Shown in pieces: positions 12,806 to 25,309 of a stretch of DNA of 64,000 nucleotides. The DNA is taken from contig OX597818.1 in NCBI GenBank assembly GCA_951406725.2, positions 33,976,001 through 34,040,000 of the forward strand. Direction: 5' to 3'. Positions within the stretch are counted from its first letter, which is position 1. Each line of letters starts with the position of its first letter. This stretch comes from Octopus vulgaris. Its lineage: Eukaryota. The notes below the pieces were generated by a model. The model did no database searches. It saw only the letters and a list, made by a program, of their open reading frames with translations, and was not told where the DNA came from. A program made the translations under genes and the position numbers.

Positions 12806-13518
12806 TATCTTAATATCCACCTCTAACCTTCGTAACAAAACAATACATTTTAGAGGCGAGAACAGTAGATTACATTTAACTCAGTTTTGAACGGATGTTT
12901 TTTTTAATTGAGGTTTAAGGATGGGAGAGATGAAATATAAAGTTCACCTCAGAAGATTTGAACTCAGAACACACAGAAATTTCAGAGGATTTTCTCCGAT
13001 TCTATCTATTCAGCCAATCATTCCAACAGGCATTTTAATATCAAACACGTAAATCACCAGTTCGAAATCCAATATCTTCTACAAGTATCCAAAGAAGAAG
13101 ATGTGACTTAATCGCTAGATTTACCTAAAAAATAGCAGCCAAATTCTTTCAGATCACCAGGAATTACAATAAGCAAAGGGATGATCAGAGGTCTGGCTGG
13201 GAATTAATCAACGACAATAATCATCACAAGGTATTTTGTTCGACACACCAGTCATTCTGTCAATTTTAGATAACAAGCACACAGATCAAAGGGTCAAATT
13301 ACAACACTCTCCATGACCAACGAGATGTAACCATCCTGTAGCAGAAGAAATAAAGTATCTGGTGGAATTTCGGAATGTCGACATATTTCATTGTCGATGT
13401 ATCAACTTATTACTGTATAAAATACTGGCTTTGATATCGGATACCCTAACTTCATCGGAATGCAGACATATTGTCAGCATTTTAGCGGATGTATGCGCGC
13501 ACGTGCGTGTATGTATGT

Positions 13519-13557
<39 letters not shown>

Positions 13558-13708
13558 CGCGCACTCGTGTGTATCTGTCTATGTGCACAGACATATACAC
13601 ATAACAGAACATGTGTGTACGTGCAAATGTGTACGTGTACATATGTGCGTGTGCATGCATGTGTAAATGTTTGTGTGTGTGTATGTGTGTGTATGTGTGT
13701 GTGTATGT

Positions 13709-13764
<56 letters not shown>

Positions 13765-13929
13765 ATTATTTCATTTTATATGTAAGGGCACATATTCTGA
13801 AAGGCAGTCTATGTGTAAGTGTATCTGGGCAAAAAAAAAACTAAGAGCATTTAAATGTTTATATTTACACATGTGTGTGTGTCTATGTGTGTGTGTGTGT
13901 GTCTATGTGTGTATGTATATATACATACA

Positions 13930-14248
13930 GGCGTACGAGTGGTTGTGTGGTAAGTAGATTGCTTACGAACTACATGGTTCCGGGTTCAGTCCCACTGCGT
14001 GGCACATTGAACAAGTGTCTTCTACTATAACTCCGGGCCGACCAAAGCCTTCTGCGTGGATTTGGCAGACAGAAACTGAAAGAATCCCGTCGTATATATG
14101 TATGTGTGTAGATATATTTGTGTGTCTGCGTTTGTCTCCCCAACATCGCTTGACAACCGATGCTGGTCTATTTACGTCCCCGTAACTTAGTAGCTCGGCA
14201 AAAGAGACCGATAGAATAAGAACTAGACTTCCAAAGAATAAGTCCTGG
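13930..14248 (+). mobile_element. SINE family A, 3'-truncated and fused to a Tigger remnant
   Basis: Head and body intact; ends at gaataagtcctgg. Confidence 0.9.
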
Positions 14249-15374
14249 ATTTAAGGCGTACAAAAATCGCGTCACAATTATAATGTGTGGAAATGCTGCG
14301 CCCTTTATGATAAAGCCGGGGCTAATTTATAAGTCCCAAAACCAAAGGGCCCTCAAAGACAAAAAAATAAGAACCTGCAGCCAGTGCATTGGATGCAAAA
14401 CCAGAAGACATGGATAACGAAACCACTAACATCGGATTAATTTCACCAGTACTTCATCCCCGAAGTCAAAGTTTATCTCGCCGAAAAGGACTAGAATTCA
14501 AAGTGCTTCTCTTAATGAACAATGTCGTAAGTTACGCGCTCAACCTGTCGTATGAAGGCGTACAAATCGAATTCTTACCGAGGTCGAAGCAATGGATTCG
14601 GATGATAAATTCTCGCTGAAGGTGTACTGGTGTGGGCACACCATTGTAACGTATCTCCAAAATATTTTGAAGGCCATAAAGGAGATGAATAATGAAACTT
14701 GGAATGCCAGCTGGGAGAAATTGTCGCCAGAAGCGGTCCACGACTATAAAGGATTCTCTCCTGACGAAATTCACCACTCTGCAGTAGATAAAGAAGTGAA
14801 GCTGGAACAATTGCTAGGAAGAGATGGCTTCAACAATATGACAACCGAGGACGTTAATAATCTGATCGAGGCCCGCTCGGATATGTTAACGGATGAAGAT
14901 CTGACGTAGATAATGAAGACAGCAAGTGAGGAAGAAGAACAAGAGGATCCAGGAAAAAAAGAAGTCGACCTATCATTAGAATGCCTCTCATCTCTAGCAA
15001 AAATGGCAAAAGAGCTTCAGAGAATGGTGAAAGATTGGGACCTCTGGTTGATTTGTGCGTCGCAGTTCAGAAATGCAATCGACAGTGCTAAGGAAGTTTA
15101 TAAAAGCCTCCTTACACAAAAGAAAAGGCGGCGCCGACAACAGCCCATCGCACTGTTCTTCACCCGCAAAAAAAAGAGAAGATACGAGTACTCCTAAGAG
15201 TGTGTAGAGAGTTTATAAAGGCTTAAATATATAAATATAATAAAATAAATAAATACTAATTATAAAAGCAATTAAAAGAATATACAGTACAACAGCACTG
15301 TTTCTACTTCGCGGATTTTCACCTATCGCAGGGTTTTTTGAAAAGTAACACGTACGATAGTCGAGGAATTACTG
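14244..15374 (+). mobile_element. Tigger/pogo transposon remnant (DDE transposase 3' part and right TIR)
   Basis: PGFKAYKNRVTIIMCGNAA..KPGLIYKS..WM.N.K.WIT and FKVLLLMNN motifs; acidic C-terminal ORFs 14592-15197; right end cgatagtcgaggaattactg followed by TA. Confidence 0.88.
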
Positions 15375-15378
15375 TATG

Positions 15379-15404
<26 letters not shown>

Positions 15405-15424
<20 letters not shown>

Positions 15425-15801
15425 AAGCTGAAGTTGTCTGTGTATGACAGGTTTGGTAGCCTTCAACTAACACTATCTCCCCCGAGACCCTGCGGCGCAA
15501 ATTGACCAAAATTGAGAGTATGATAGAAGAAGGCTTGCTCTTTCTTCCGTAGAAGAAAATTTTCAAATCGGACCATGTTAACACCAAAAATTATTTACAT
15601 CAAAAAGGTGCTTTTTGTCTATGAAAATCCCTATTTTTACGATTTTTTGACCGCTGGGTCGCAATTTTTCGTTGTATTTCAACCAGATAAATGTTCACTT
15701 AAAGAGAATAACAAGCTACATAATGCAACATTTTTACTTTTCGAAAATTCCAATTCTAAAAGGTCGAAACAAACCCGAGCAACGCCGGGCGATACTGCTA
15801 T
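15405..15801 (+). mobile_element. Non-autonomous Helitron
   Basis: 5' tatata..aaagctgaagttgtctgtgt; 3' hairpin cccgagcaacgccggg followed by cgatactgctat (degenerate CTAG), same 3' end as 32060-32453. Confidence 0.75.
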
Positions 15802-15814
15802 TATATATATATTC

Positions 15815-16006
15815 AATCCAAACATGAACAAGCAAGAAAAAACAACAACGCGAGGACGTGAAATAAGTACAATGTTATTGGACGCTCAGGAAAGGAAAGA
15901 AAAGAAAGAGGATTTCACTTTTCCTGCGGAGCTCTTCATCAGAAATATAGAAAAAGTCCCAAAGAAGGGAAGACGGAGAAAGAAAATCGCCAACGATACA
16001 CACGGG
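15815..16006 (-). mobile_element. Family H1 copy (degenerate hammerhead motif)
   Basis: aatccaaacatg..caacaacgcgaggacgtg..gagctcttcatcagaaa..aaatcgccaacg; CTGATGA core on minus strand. Confidence 0.7.
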
Positions 16007-16008
16007 TA

Positions 16009-16082
<74 letters not shown>

Positions 16083-16099
16083 GTATATATGTATACTTT

Positions 16100-16315
16100 G
16101 ATATACTGTCAAAATATCTAAGAGTTTTGCGTGGAGTAAGGGCAGCAATTTTCATGAAACAGTTTGACCTTCTGCTGTCCAAGATCCAGGAAGAACCTTC
16201 AGGACGGCAAGAAACTCGAAAGAGGACAGCATTATCAAACTCCCTCCGTCACTAAAAGTCAAATTCAAGAGAATGCCCATTGCAAAGCTAATACTGGCGG
16301 TACTCCAGCATAGAC
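16100..16315 (+). mobile_element. CR1-group LINE 3' fragment
   Basis: Translates to FMKQFDLLLSKIQEEP..RQET.KRTALSNSL, matching 1160-1260; ends in ggcggtactccagcat tail. Confidence 0.65.
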
Positions 16316-16430
16316 ATGCCATACACATACACACACTGAGAGATACACACATATGCAAGCATCATCTCGATGCATGCACACGTTGAATCTCTCTCTCTCT
16401 CTCTCACATATACATACATACATACATACA

Positions 16431-16480
<50 letters not shown>

Positions 16481-16485
<5 letters not shown>

Positions 16486-16780
16486 GAGAAGGATGACCCT
16501 TATACTAGGAGTAGATACGCTATGGTCTTACCACTAAGAAATGTTCATAAAAAATTTAGCAAACGCTGGTGTTTGCTAAATATTTTTCTTGAGAACATTT
16601 CTTAGTGGTAAGACAATAGCGTATCTACTTCTAGTATAAGGGTTGTCCACATAGTGGTCATCCCTCTCATATGTATATAATACAATTTACTGAACCTTCA
16701 GATTTTAATATGGTAGACCACTGGTTTTAAATTGATGTTAATTAAATTAATATCCAATTTCTCACCCTCATTTTAAATTT
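16481..16780. mobile_element. Foldback element (long inverted arms plus unique extension) in (TA)n
   Basis: Arms 16481-16563 and 16571-16675 are imperfect reverse complements. Related sequence occurs in opposite orientation at 48562-48745. Confidence 0.75.
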
Positions 16781-16794
16781 ATATATATTTCAAA

Positions 16795-17002
16795 ATGTGA
16801 CCGCGTGTGTACCGTTGGCGATTTTTTTTCCTCTGTCTTCCCTTCTCAGGATCTTTCCTTCTCCTATGTTTCCGACGAAGAGCTCCGCTCGAAACTCTAA
16901 ACCCTCCTTCTTTCCTTCTTTCCTGGGCGTCCAATAATACTATATTTGTTCCACGTCCTCGCGTTGTTGTGTCTTTTTTGTGCTTTCTTGTTTGGATTAA
17001 CC
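16795..17002 (+). mobile_element. Family H1 copy
   Basis: gttt CCGACGA a gagc-tcc-gctc GAAA ctct aaac at 16868-16902; reverse complement of the 61345 copy. Confidence 0.75.
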
Positions 17003-17106
17003 ATATATATATATATATATATACATACATACATATATACATACACATATATATATATATGTATATATATGTATATGTATATATGTATGTATGTATTTAT
17101 TTATTA

Positions 17107-17657
17107 CAGGGTGGGACAGAAAGGACTGACGTTTGTGAAAAATTCACAAAATCATTAATTTTAGCTGTAAACAAATTTTATTGATATTAATGTGTTTGTA
17201 TTGAATTAGCATTTGTCAAAATCAAGTGTGGAAAACAGCATCCATCATGTGGTGTCCGTTTTCATTGATGCGTCTGACGCGTTCAACATTTTCCGGGGTC
17301 CATACAATTCGTGGCGCTCCCACCGGTCTCCTATTCATTAGTGTACCACGTGTACGAAGTGCATTCACCCAAACGCATCATTGTGTTACGGCTGGGAACA
17401 GCCTGATTTCGGTGAATGTTGAAGTGGCGCCGAAAATCACGCTGAACAGCTGTGACAAACTCGTTATTCTTCACGTAACTGTCGTAGGCAGACACGTGAT
17501 GCTCTATCGTCCACAGCGCAATGGCTTCACCTGAAAATTTAAAAAAAACAAATGTTAAGACATCACGGACCGAACGGTACCTGTCGGACAAATGTCCCTT
17601 CCTCTGGGGCCAAGTGATAGCCATTTCAAAAACTTCCGTCCTCTCTACTCCACCCTA
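17107..17657 (-). mobile_element. Internally deleted Tc1/mariner element with TIRs
   Basis: TIRs cagggtgggacagaaaggactgacgtttgtgaaa / tttcaaaaacttccgtcctctctactccacccta, TA flanks. The N-terminal HTH (VQRDFRRHF..PSRNTM) is joined directly to the C-terminal INENGHH. Confidence 0.85.
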
Positions 17658-17682
17658 TATGTATATACGTATGCATATACAT

Positions 17683-17744
<62 letters not shown>

Positions 17745-17747
<3 letters not shown>

Positions 17748-18168
17748 TTAGGGAATAAATCCAAATTTACAGGGAAAATCAGATTTAGGATTGAATCCAA
17801 TTTTATAGTAAAATATTATATAATATTAATTAGAGACAAAACCACTATTTTGCAAATCAAACAAAGAAAGACTTAATCCAATACATAAAAAAATTTAATA
17901 TAAATTAAATAAAATTAAATTCGCCACTACAATTGTTTCGTGTCTCTTCTAAGGACATTCATCAGGTGGATTTCAGATCTTCTATTCAATTTTAACTTCA
18001 TAACTTAAAATTGAATAGAAGATCTGAAATCCACCTTATGAATGTCCTTAGAAGAGACACGAAACAATTGAGTGCGAATTTAATTTTATTTAATTTATGT
18101 TAAATTTTTTTATGTATTGGATTAAGTCTTTCTTTGTTTGATTTGCAAACTAGTGGTTTTGTCTCTAA

Positions 18169-18180
<12 letters not shown>
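17745..18180 (-). mobile_element. Palindromic hammerhead element family H2 in (TA)n
   Basis: ~177-bp inverted arms 17818-17995 / 18005-18180 with about 5 differences, plus a unique extension 17745-17817. Confidence 0.85.
17924..17969 (-). ncRNA. Minimal type-I hammerhead ribozyme motif
   Basis: Minus strand ccac CTGATGA a-tgtc-cttagaaga-gaca-c GAAA caattg TA gtgg: helix I ccac/gtgg, helix II tgtc/gaca, palindromic helix III, GUA site. Confidence 0.8.
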
Positions 18181-18220
<40 letters not shown>

Positions 18221-18751
18221 AAGGATTGTTTCATTAAAGTCATGTATCGCCTTGACCTTCGAAACGTGGAGTAGATGAAACCATGGCGACTGAAGAAGGG
18301 GAAATTTCCTTGTTTTGAATGTCCTGTACTCTATTTTTTCGTTGTTTAAGAAAAATGTCCATTTCCTTGGTTTCGTGTTTATGTTTTCGTTTCTCATTGT
18401 GTTCGACGTTTTTTGGGTGTCCTGTACCCATATATGCATGTATATATACATGTAGAGGTAGGTCCGTACATATATGTATGTATATATGCATATGTTTTAT
18501 TTATTTATTAATTTATATATATATATTTGTATGTAGTATATGTGCATCTGTATATACGTATACACACTCAGATTGAGAGAGAGAGATTGCCTTCAACTCA
18601 AAGGTACGAATCAACTTGAGAATTACGTTAAGGGTCTACACATTTGCAGGTATATTCAGCCACTTACACGTTAACTCAGGTGCAGATAATTCAATTTATT
18701 GAACAGCTAAATCCTCACCGTGGAATGACGGAGATCCACCAGACATGCACA

Positions 18752-18834
<83 letters not shown>

Positions 18835-19293
18835 ACGCACACACATACAGGAACCACTACCACGGGCTGCGTCAAGCGATCATCCTCAAACTAACGGGGA
18901 CGGGAGGTGACACAGTTGCATACACGTATGCAGAATTACACACCCGCATGTGAATACGTATAGATACTCGTATACACTCACGATATATACACTTGCGCAT
19001 ATAATTACGCATGCGTAGACACACTACTGCATGAAGAGTACTTGACGTTCGATTTTGGGGGGAGCGTGCAGGAGTTTGTGGGAGTATGCGGGAGTGTGTT
19101 GGTGTTATAGGTAGCGCTGGTCGTGGATAAAAGGTAACGGGTAGAATCATTTTGTTTTTTTAATTTTTTTTTATTTCAAACAGATAAAAATAATTTTTTT
19201 AGATACTCAATTATTCTTTTGAAGCAGCCAATACCTAAACGCCCCACCACCACCACCACCACCACTAACGATAGCAATACCACCGCCACCAAT

Positions 19294-19324
<31 letters not shown>

Positions 19325-19398
19325 TCTACGATGCGAACTTCACAAACATTATAAATATAACCATTAAGAATACGATTACTACCCGCTTTAGTAAATGC

Positions 19399-19481
<83 letters not shown>

Positions 19482-19889
19482 TGTATGCATGTGTGTATGT
19501 ATGTCTGTGTGTGCGTAGAGAGAGAGAGTGGGGAGGGAGGAAAGTGGGGAAACGAAGAAGGAAAAACAAAAAGACAAATGAAAAAAAAAACGTAAAAGGA
19601 AAGCAAGAATTAATTAAAAAGACGGCATTTTTAAGAGGGAATGCATCCGTTAATTAAAAGGGGTTTGTTGTTCTTTTTTTCTGTGAATACCTCTTTTCTG
19701 TTCTGTACTTTTTCCTATTTTTTTTTTAATAATATTCTTTCATGTATGTTTTTTTAAAAATTTTTTTTTGCTCCTTCTGTCGTATTAAATTGAAAGTTTG
19801 CAATTTTTTTGTGTGTGTGTGTGTTTTTTTTGGGGGGGAGGGGGTTTGGTTTTCGGAAAGAGCTTGGTGTATTATGTTTTAACGGGTTG

Positions 19890-20240
19890 TATTGTTGTGG
19901 TTGTTGTTGCTGTTTTTAATGGTAGAGGTGGTAGTGCTGGTGGTGGCGGTGGTGGCGGCGGCGGCAGCGGTCGGTGTCGTGCTAGTGATGTTTCCTTTGC
20001 TCCTTCTTTCCATCATCATCATCAGCAGCAGCAGCAGCAGTGTCTTCTTCTTCTTCTTCTTCTTTTTCTTCTTCTTCTTCTTCTTCTTCTTCTTCTTCTT
20101 CTTCTTCTTCTTCTTCTTCTTCTTCTTCTTCTTCTTCTTCTTCTTCTTCTACTGCTACTACTACTACTTCTTTTTCTTTCCTTCTTCTTCTTCATCATCA
20201 TCTTCTTCTTCATCATTATCTTCTTCTTCATCATCATCAT

Positions 20241-20290
<50 letters not shown>

Positions 20291-20420
20291 TCTTCTTCTT
20301 CTTCTTCCTCTCCTCCACCTCCTCCTTATCATCATCATCATCGTAATCATCGTCACTCCACCACCATTGGCAACATCCTCATCATCACCATCGTCGTCGT
20401 CGTTATCATCATCATCAGCA
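19890..20420. repeat. Compound trinucleotide microsatellite (GGT/CAT/CAG/CTT/CTA)
   Basis: Abutting blocks of related triplets. Confidence 0.95.
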
Positions 20421-20899
20421 ACGTCTTTTTTTCTTCTTTATCTACCCTTGCCCTACTCCCCTTTATTCCTCTTCTCCTCTCCTTTCCTCTTACCTCTGCC
20501 ATTCCCTTTTTCCCCTACTCCTCCCTCTCCTCTTCCACCTCCTCCTACCCCTCTTCCACTCGCTTGCTACTTGCTGCGTTTAAATATTGTCAGACAGAAT
20601 TGCATTAATGTTAACAAAAAGAACAAAACGAATAAACAAAGACATATATAAAACCTCGAAACTACGTCACAATGAAGACAGAATATAGCATTGCTCTAAA
20701 CAACACGAAATTCCTTTCAATTTTGAAAAATAATGGCAAATAACCATCTCTGTTTTAAAGATTCTATGAAATGAGATTAAGCAATAACGTGTTGAAACAC
20801 TCAGATGTCTGCATTGGTTAGGGGGAGCGTGGGTTAGGGTTAGGGTTAGGATGGGGGACAGTAAAAGAAGAAGACAAAAAGCTAAGGGTGAAGATGACG

Positions 20900-21760
20900 A
20901 TTATGGTGGTGGTTGGTGGGTGGGTGTTATGATGATGATGATGATGATGATGACGAATGTGACAATGATGATGATGATGGTGAAAGCGAAGGTGATTGTG
21001 GTGATGATGGTGTTGTTGTTGTTGATGTTGTTGTTGTTGGTGGTGGTGGTGGTAATGCTGGTGGTGGTGGTGGTGGTGCTGGTGGTGGTGGTGGTGGTTG
21101 TGGTGGTGGCAGTGGTGGTGTTGATGGTGGTGGTGGTGGTGCTACTGCTGTTGATGATGATGATGATGATGACGAATGTGACAATGATGATGATGGTGAA
21201 AGTGAAGGTGATTGTGGTGATGGTGGTGGTTGTGGTGGTGTTGGTGGTGGTGGTGGTGATGGTGCTGATAATGATGATGATGATGACGAATATAACAATG
21301 ATGATGATAGTGAAAGTGAAGGTGATTGTGGTGATGGTGGTGGTTGTGGCAGTGGTGGTGCTTGCTGGTGATGATGATGGTGCTGCTGCTATTGATGATG
21401 GTGACGAATGTGACGATGATGATGATGGTGACGAATGTGGCGATGATGATGAAGACGGTGACAGTGCTGGTGGTTAGTGGTGGTGGTGAGGGGTTGATGA
21501 TGATGATGATAATGATGATGATGATATCGACAACAACGACAATGACGACGGTGATGATGATGATGATGATGATGTTTGCGGTGAAGAGGATATGGTGGTG
21601 GAGGTGGTGATGGTGCTGCTGTTGGTAGTGATGACGGTGGTGATGTGGGGTATTGATTCTCATGGTGGTGGTGATAGCGACAGTAGCAGTGATGATAACG
21701 GCAATGGTGATAATGATGATGATGAGGAGGAGGAGGAGCAGGAGCAGGAGTTTATCAAAA
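20900..21760. repeat. Compound (GAT/GGT/GTT)n region containing a recurrent ~55-bp unit
   Basis: gatgacgaatgtgacaatgatgatgatggtgaaagtgaaggtgattgtggtgat recurs near 20950, 21170 and 21280. Confidence 0.9.
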
Positions 21761-21772
21761 AGAGAACAGTAG

Positions 21773-21812
<40 letters not shown>

Positions 21813-21813
21813 T

Positions 21814-21856
<43 letters not shown>

Positions 21857-22191
21857 AAAAGAAAGAAAGAAACGAAAGCAGAAAGAAACGAAAATAGAAA
21901 GCAAAGACGAGAGTAGTGATTTAAACTTAAGTACATAATGGTTTGGGTGAGATTGGCACCATTAACGATGCCTTCAGTTCGGTCGAATGACAGGCAGAAA
22001 CGACAAAAAGATTTTGGCATACATGTCTTTGAGCAACGTTCTACAGTTTACTATATTAGCAGTTTCAATCAGATGTCACAAGTGATGCTGGGACGTTGAT
22101 GTTGTTGTTGTTGTTGCTGCTGCTGCTGCTACTGCTGTTGTTGTCCGTGTTGCTTTCCTTCTTATTTAGTCCCAGGTGAATTTTTGCTCCT

Positions 22192-22440
22192 ACTCTTTTA
22201 TTCTTCTACTTGTTTCAGTCATTTTGAGTGTGGCCATGCTGGAGCACCGCCTTTAGTCCGAGCAAATCGAACCCCAAGACTTATTCTTTGTAAGCCTAGT
22301 ACTTATTCTATCGGTCTCTTTTCCCCGAACCGCTAAATTACGTAGACGTAAACATACCAGCATCGGGTGTCAAGCGATGTTGGGGGGACAAACACAGACA
22401 TACAAACATATATATACACATACACACACACACACATACA

Positions 22441-22485
<45 letters not shown>

Positions 22486-22646
22486 GACATCTTCTTTCAG
22501 TTTCCGTCTACCAAATTCACTCACATGGCTTTGGTCGGCCCGAGGCTATAGTAGAAGACACTTGCCCAAGGTGCCATGCAGTGGGACTGAACCTGGGACC
22601 ATGTTGTTGGTAAGCAAGCTACTTACCACACAGCCACTCCTACGCC
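22192..22646 (-). mobile_element. SINE family A, full length
   Basis: Complete head (ggcgtaggagtggctgtgtgg), B box, internal microsatellite and tail on minus strand. Confidence 0.93.
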
Positions 22647-25094
22647 TATAGAAATATTGTAGAAAACCTTTCATCTGTAAACATTCTGCAATTTTATTTC
22701 TGAGACGACATTATCTAACGTGTCTCATTCTTTTTAAGACTGCCGTGTATGATTTGAAGATGATTTGGCTACTATTTCTAGCAGTTGGAATATTAGAATA
22801 TTCATATAGCGTCATACTCAATGATTACATTGTTATTTATGTCTCTGCATATTGTTGTTATACCCCATTCAATAAAAACGAATGAAACTAGGAAGCCTAT
22901 TCACTGTTACTTGGCCAAAAGTTGCAGCCAGATCCCCCTCAAACCTTACCCGTTCATTCACCCATTTAAAACTCTCTCAACACCATTCAGACCCATGAAT
23001 TTGGTGCTAGCATTTGTTTCAATGATTCATCTTATTGCCATCTTCGGCCTGGGAGTTTGGCAACGCTGGAACAAATACCCCGATATCTCCGATACAATAT
23101 CCTTACAGCTCTGCCAAGCCACCGCCTTGGATCGCTACTATTTCGTTGACTCTAGCCCCAAAAATGCCTAGTTGATATTAGCAGGCTTTGATCTCAGAGC
23201 ACAAAGAGTCAAAACAAACACTGCGATGCATTCTATTCGATGTTCTAACGATCCTACCAATTCGCCTCCTTTAATTACAGTCAGCCATCATATAATAAAA
23301 AGGCTACATTTCATGATTCCATCCCTAATAAGTGCTTACGGTTATATTGCTGATTGAACGATAAATTCTCCACACAGAGAAATATTTCAGTGTAAAAGTG
23401 TTGATGTAATATCCTCCATACTAAACTCCCTCTATATTCCAAACAATTTCCACCAACAAATAGCAATCCAACTAGAACAACACTTCCCTTAATATACCTT
23501 GATGCTTCTCATGCCTAAGTACCACAAGTACATCACAATTTTCCAATTTTCCTCGCAGCACCTGCCAAATATCAATAAAGACAAGTAAAATACTTGTACA
23601 ACTTCGAAAAGGTTCAATAAGGCGAATTATACTGATTTATAAACAAAATCGAGGTTTCCAGAATCTAACCACATTGCAACGTAAATACTGCAGTATTCAA
23701 CAAAATGATTATAGGCGCATGTAAGAAAAGAACATATTCCACAGGGCAGCATTGAAAGATAAGACAACAGTTAAATAACAGAAATAACTTTATAAAACCA
23801 AAAGAACCGCAATCAACATGAACTGAAAAGAACCCAACCGAAATAATCTCAACATTAAACAACTAAGCAACGAATTAACAAAAGTAAACCTTGGCTACAC
23901 AGAAAACTGGCGAATATTTATATCCTGACATAAATCACAAAACTAATACTGAAGAGAAGCAGAAATAGGCCGAAACCAGGCTGGTCTGCTGGTCCCGTCG
24001 CTAGAAGGTGGTAGGGGTCCGCTCCCTTGCTCACAATATCTCGGATGCAGCTGTGCATCATTAACCAGCTAGAGATGTCTTCTCGGGGTTAAAAAATCGC
24101 AGTAAATCCGTTCGAACGAACAGCCATGTTGAAGTTGCTACGAACACAACTTTAGAAGAAATATACATAGAGTAATAAATCGCAGCATCAGTAGTCTCCA
24201 TCGCCATGATAACAAAGTTTACATCAAGCGTCACGTGTCAAAGAACACGTATATGTAAAGGACTGACCAGGATACTTTTCTTTCTTTTTACGAAGACTGG
24301 CAGTAGACTATACTTGTAAGCCTTCTTTCTCCATGTCACGGATGTTAATCCCACTCAAAGGTCACTAACATTGGGCCGATGCAACCTCACACCTGAGTCG
24401 TGTTGCAGATCTTATTATCAGAATGCAAGGACTAAACAGATAGCGCAAGGTATCTTGCTCGGCACGCTTACGCTTTTCTATCATCTTCTAGGCACAGCAG
24501 CTCAAGTATTCTAAAATGTTTGAAGCCCTTTGAAAGCAGGTGTCACAATAAGAAACTTAATGTAGCACCTACAAAATCCTCAGTCTCCCTTCTTACCTGT
24601 TAAAGGGGAGGATATAAAATCAATTAATCCTCGACATAAAGCACACGCAGAAAATAAAAATATTACGATTTACATACAGTGCCTCCGCTCTCAACACCAC
24701 CACCACCAGGAGCATACAGAAGTAGCCTGGACAGGTCAAAGAGTGCAATACGTTCATACTGCACCCAACGGTATTATGCATTTTAATCGCCCGAATGTGC
24801 CTTAACGTTTTCAGCATGACGGAAACATTGTGTAGAAAGGAAAGTTGGGTATATATTAATAAGATTGCTCGATCGAGGCTAGTGTCACAAAACTACATAG
24901 CAACACCAACAACACCAACAGCAACAACGATTTCTCATTTAGGAAAAAGATAATCAATTTTGAGGCTTGGTATTTTATTTTACCTATTCCGAATGGATGA
25001 AACGCAAATCTGACCTCGGCAGATTTTGAACTCATAACCTTAAGATCTTGAACAAATATCGTAAGGCATTTATTCAAACAGGCTGACAATTCTT

Positions 25095-25309
25095 ATTTCT
25101 TTATTACGCACAAGGGGCTAAACATAGAGGGGATAAACAAGGACAGACAAAGGTATTAAGTCGATTACATAAAATTGGTACTTAATATATTGACCCCGAA
25201 AAGATGAAAGGCAAAGTTGACCTCGGCGGAATTTGAACTCAGAACGCAACGGCAGACGAAATACCGCTAAGCTTTTCGCCCGGCGCGCTAACCTTTCTGC
25301 CAGCGCGCC
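25095..25309 (-). mobile_element. tRNA-derived SINE family C (a second, older copy at ~24955-25085)
   Basis: Minus strand ggcgcgctggcagaaaggttagc (A box), gagttcaaattcc (B box), central gcctttcatcttttcggggtc domain, A-rich tail. Confidence 0.85.

Noticed and set aside
18250-18312. ccttcGAAAcgt...CTGAAGAagggg as a permuted (type II) hammerhead
   Set aside because: The cleavage triplet would be GUG and helix I does not pair convincingly; it needs a family consensus.
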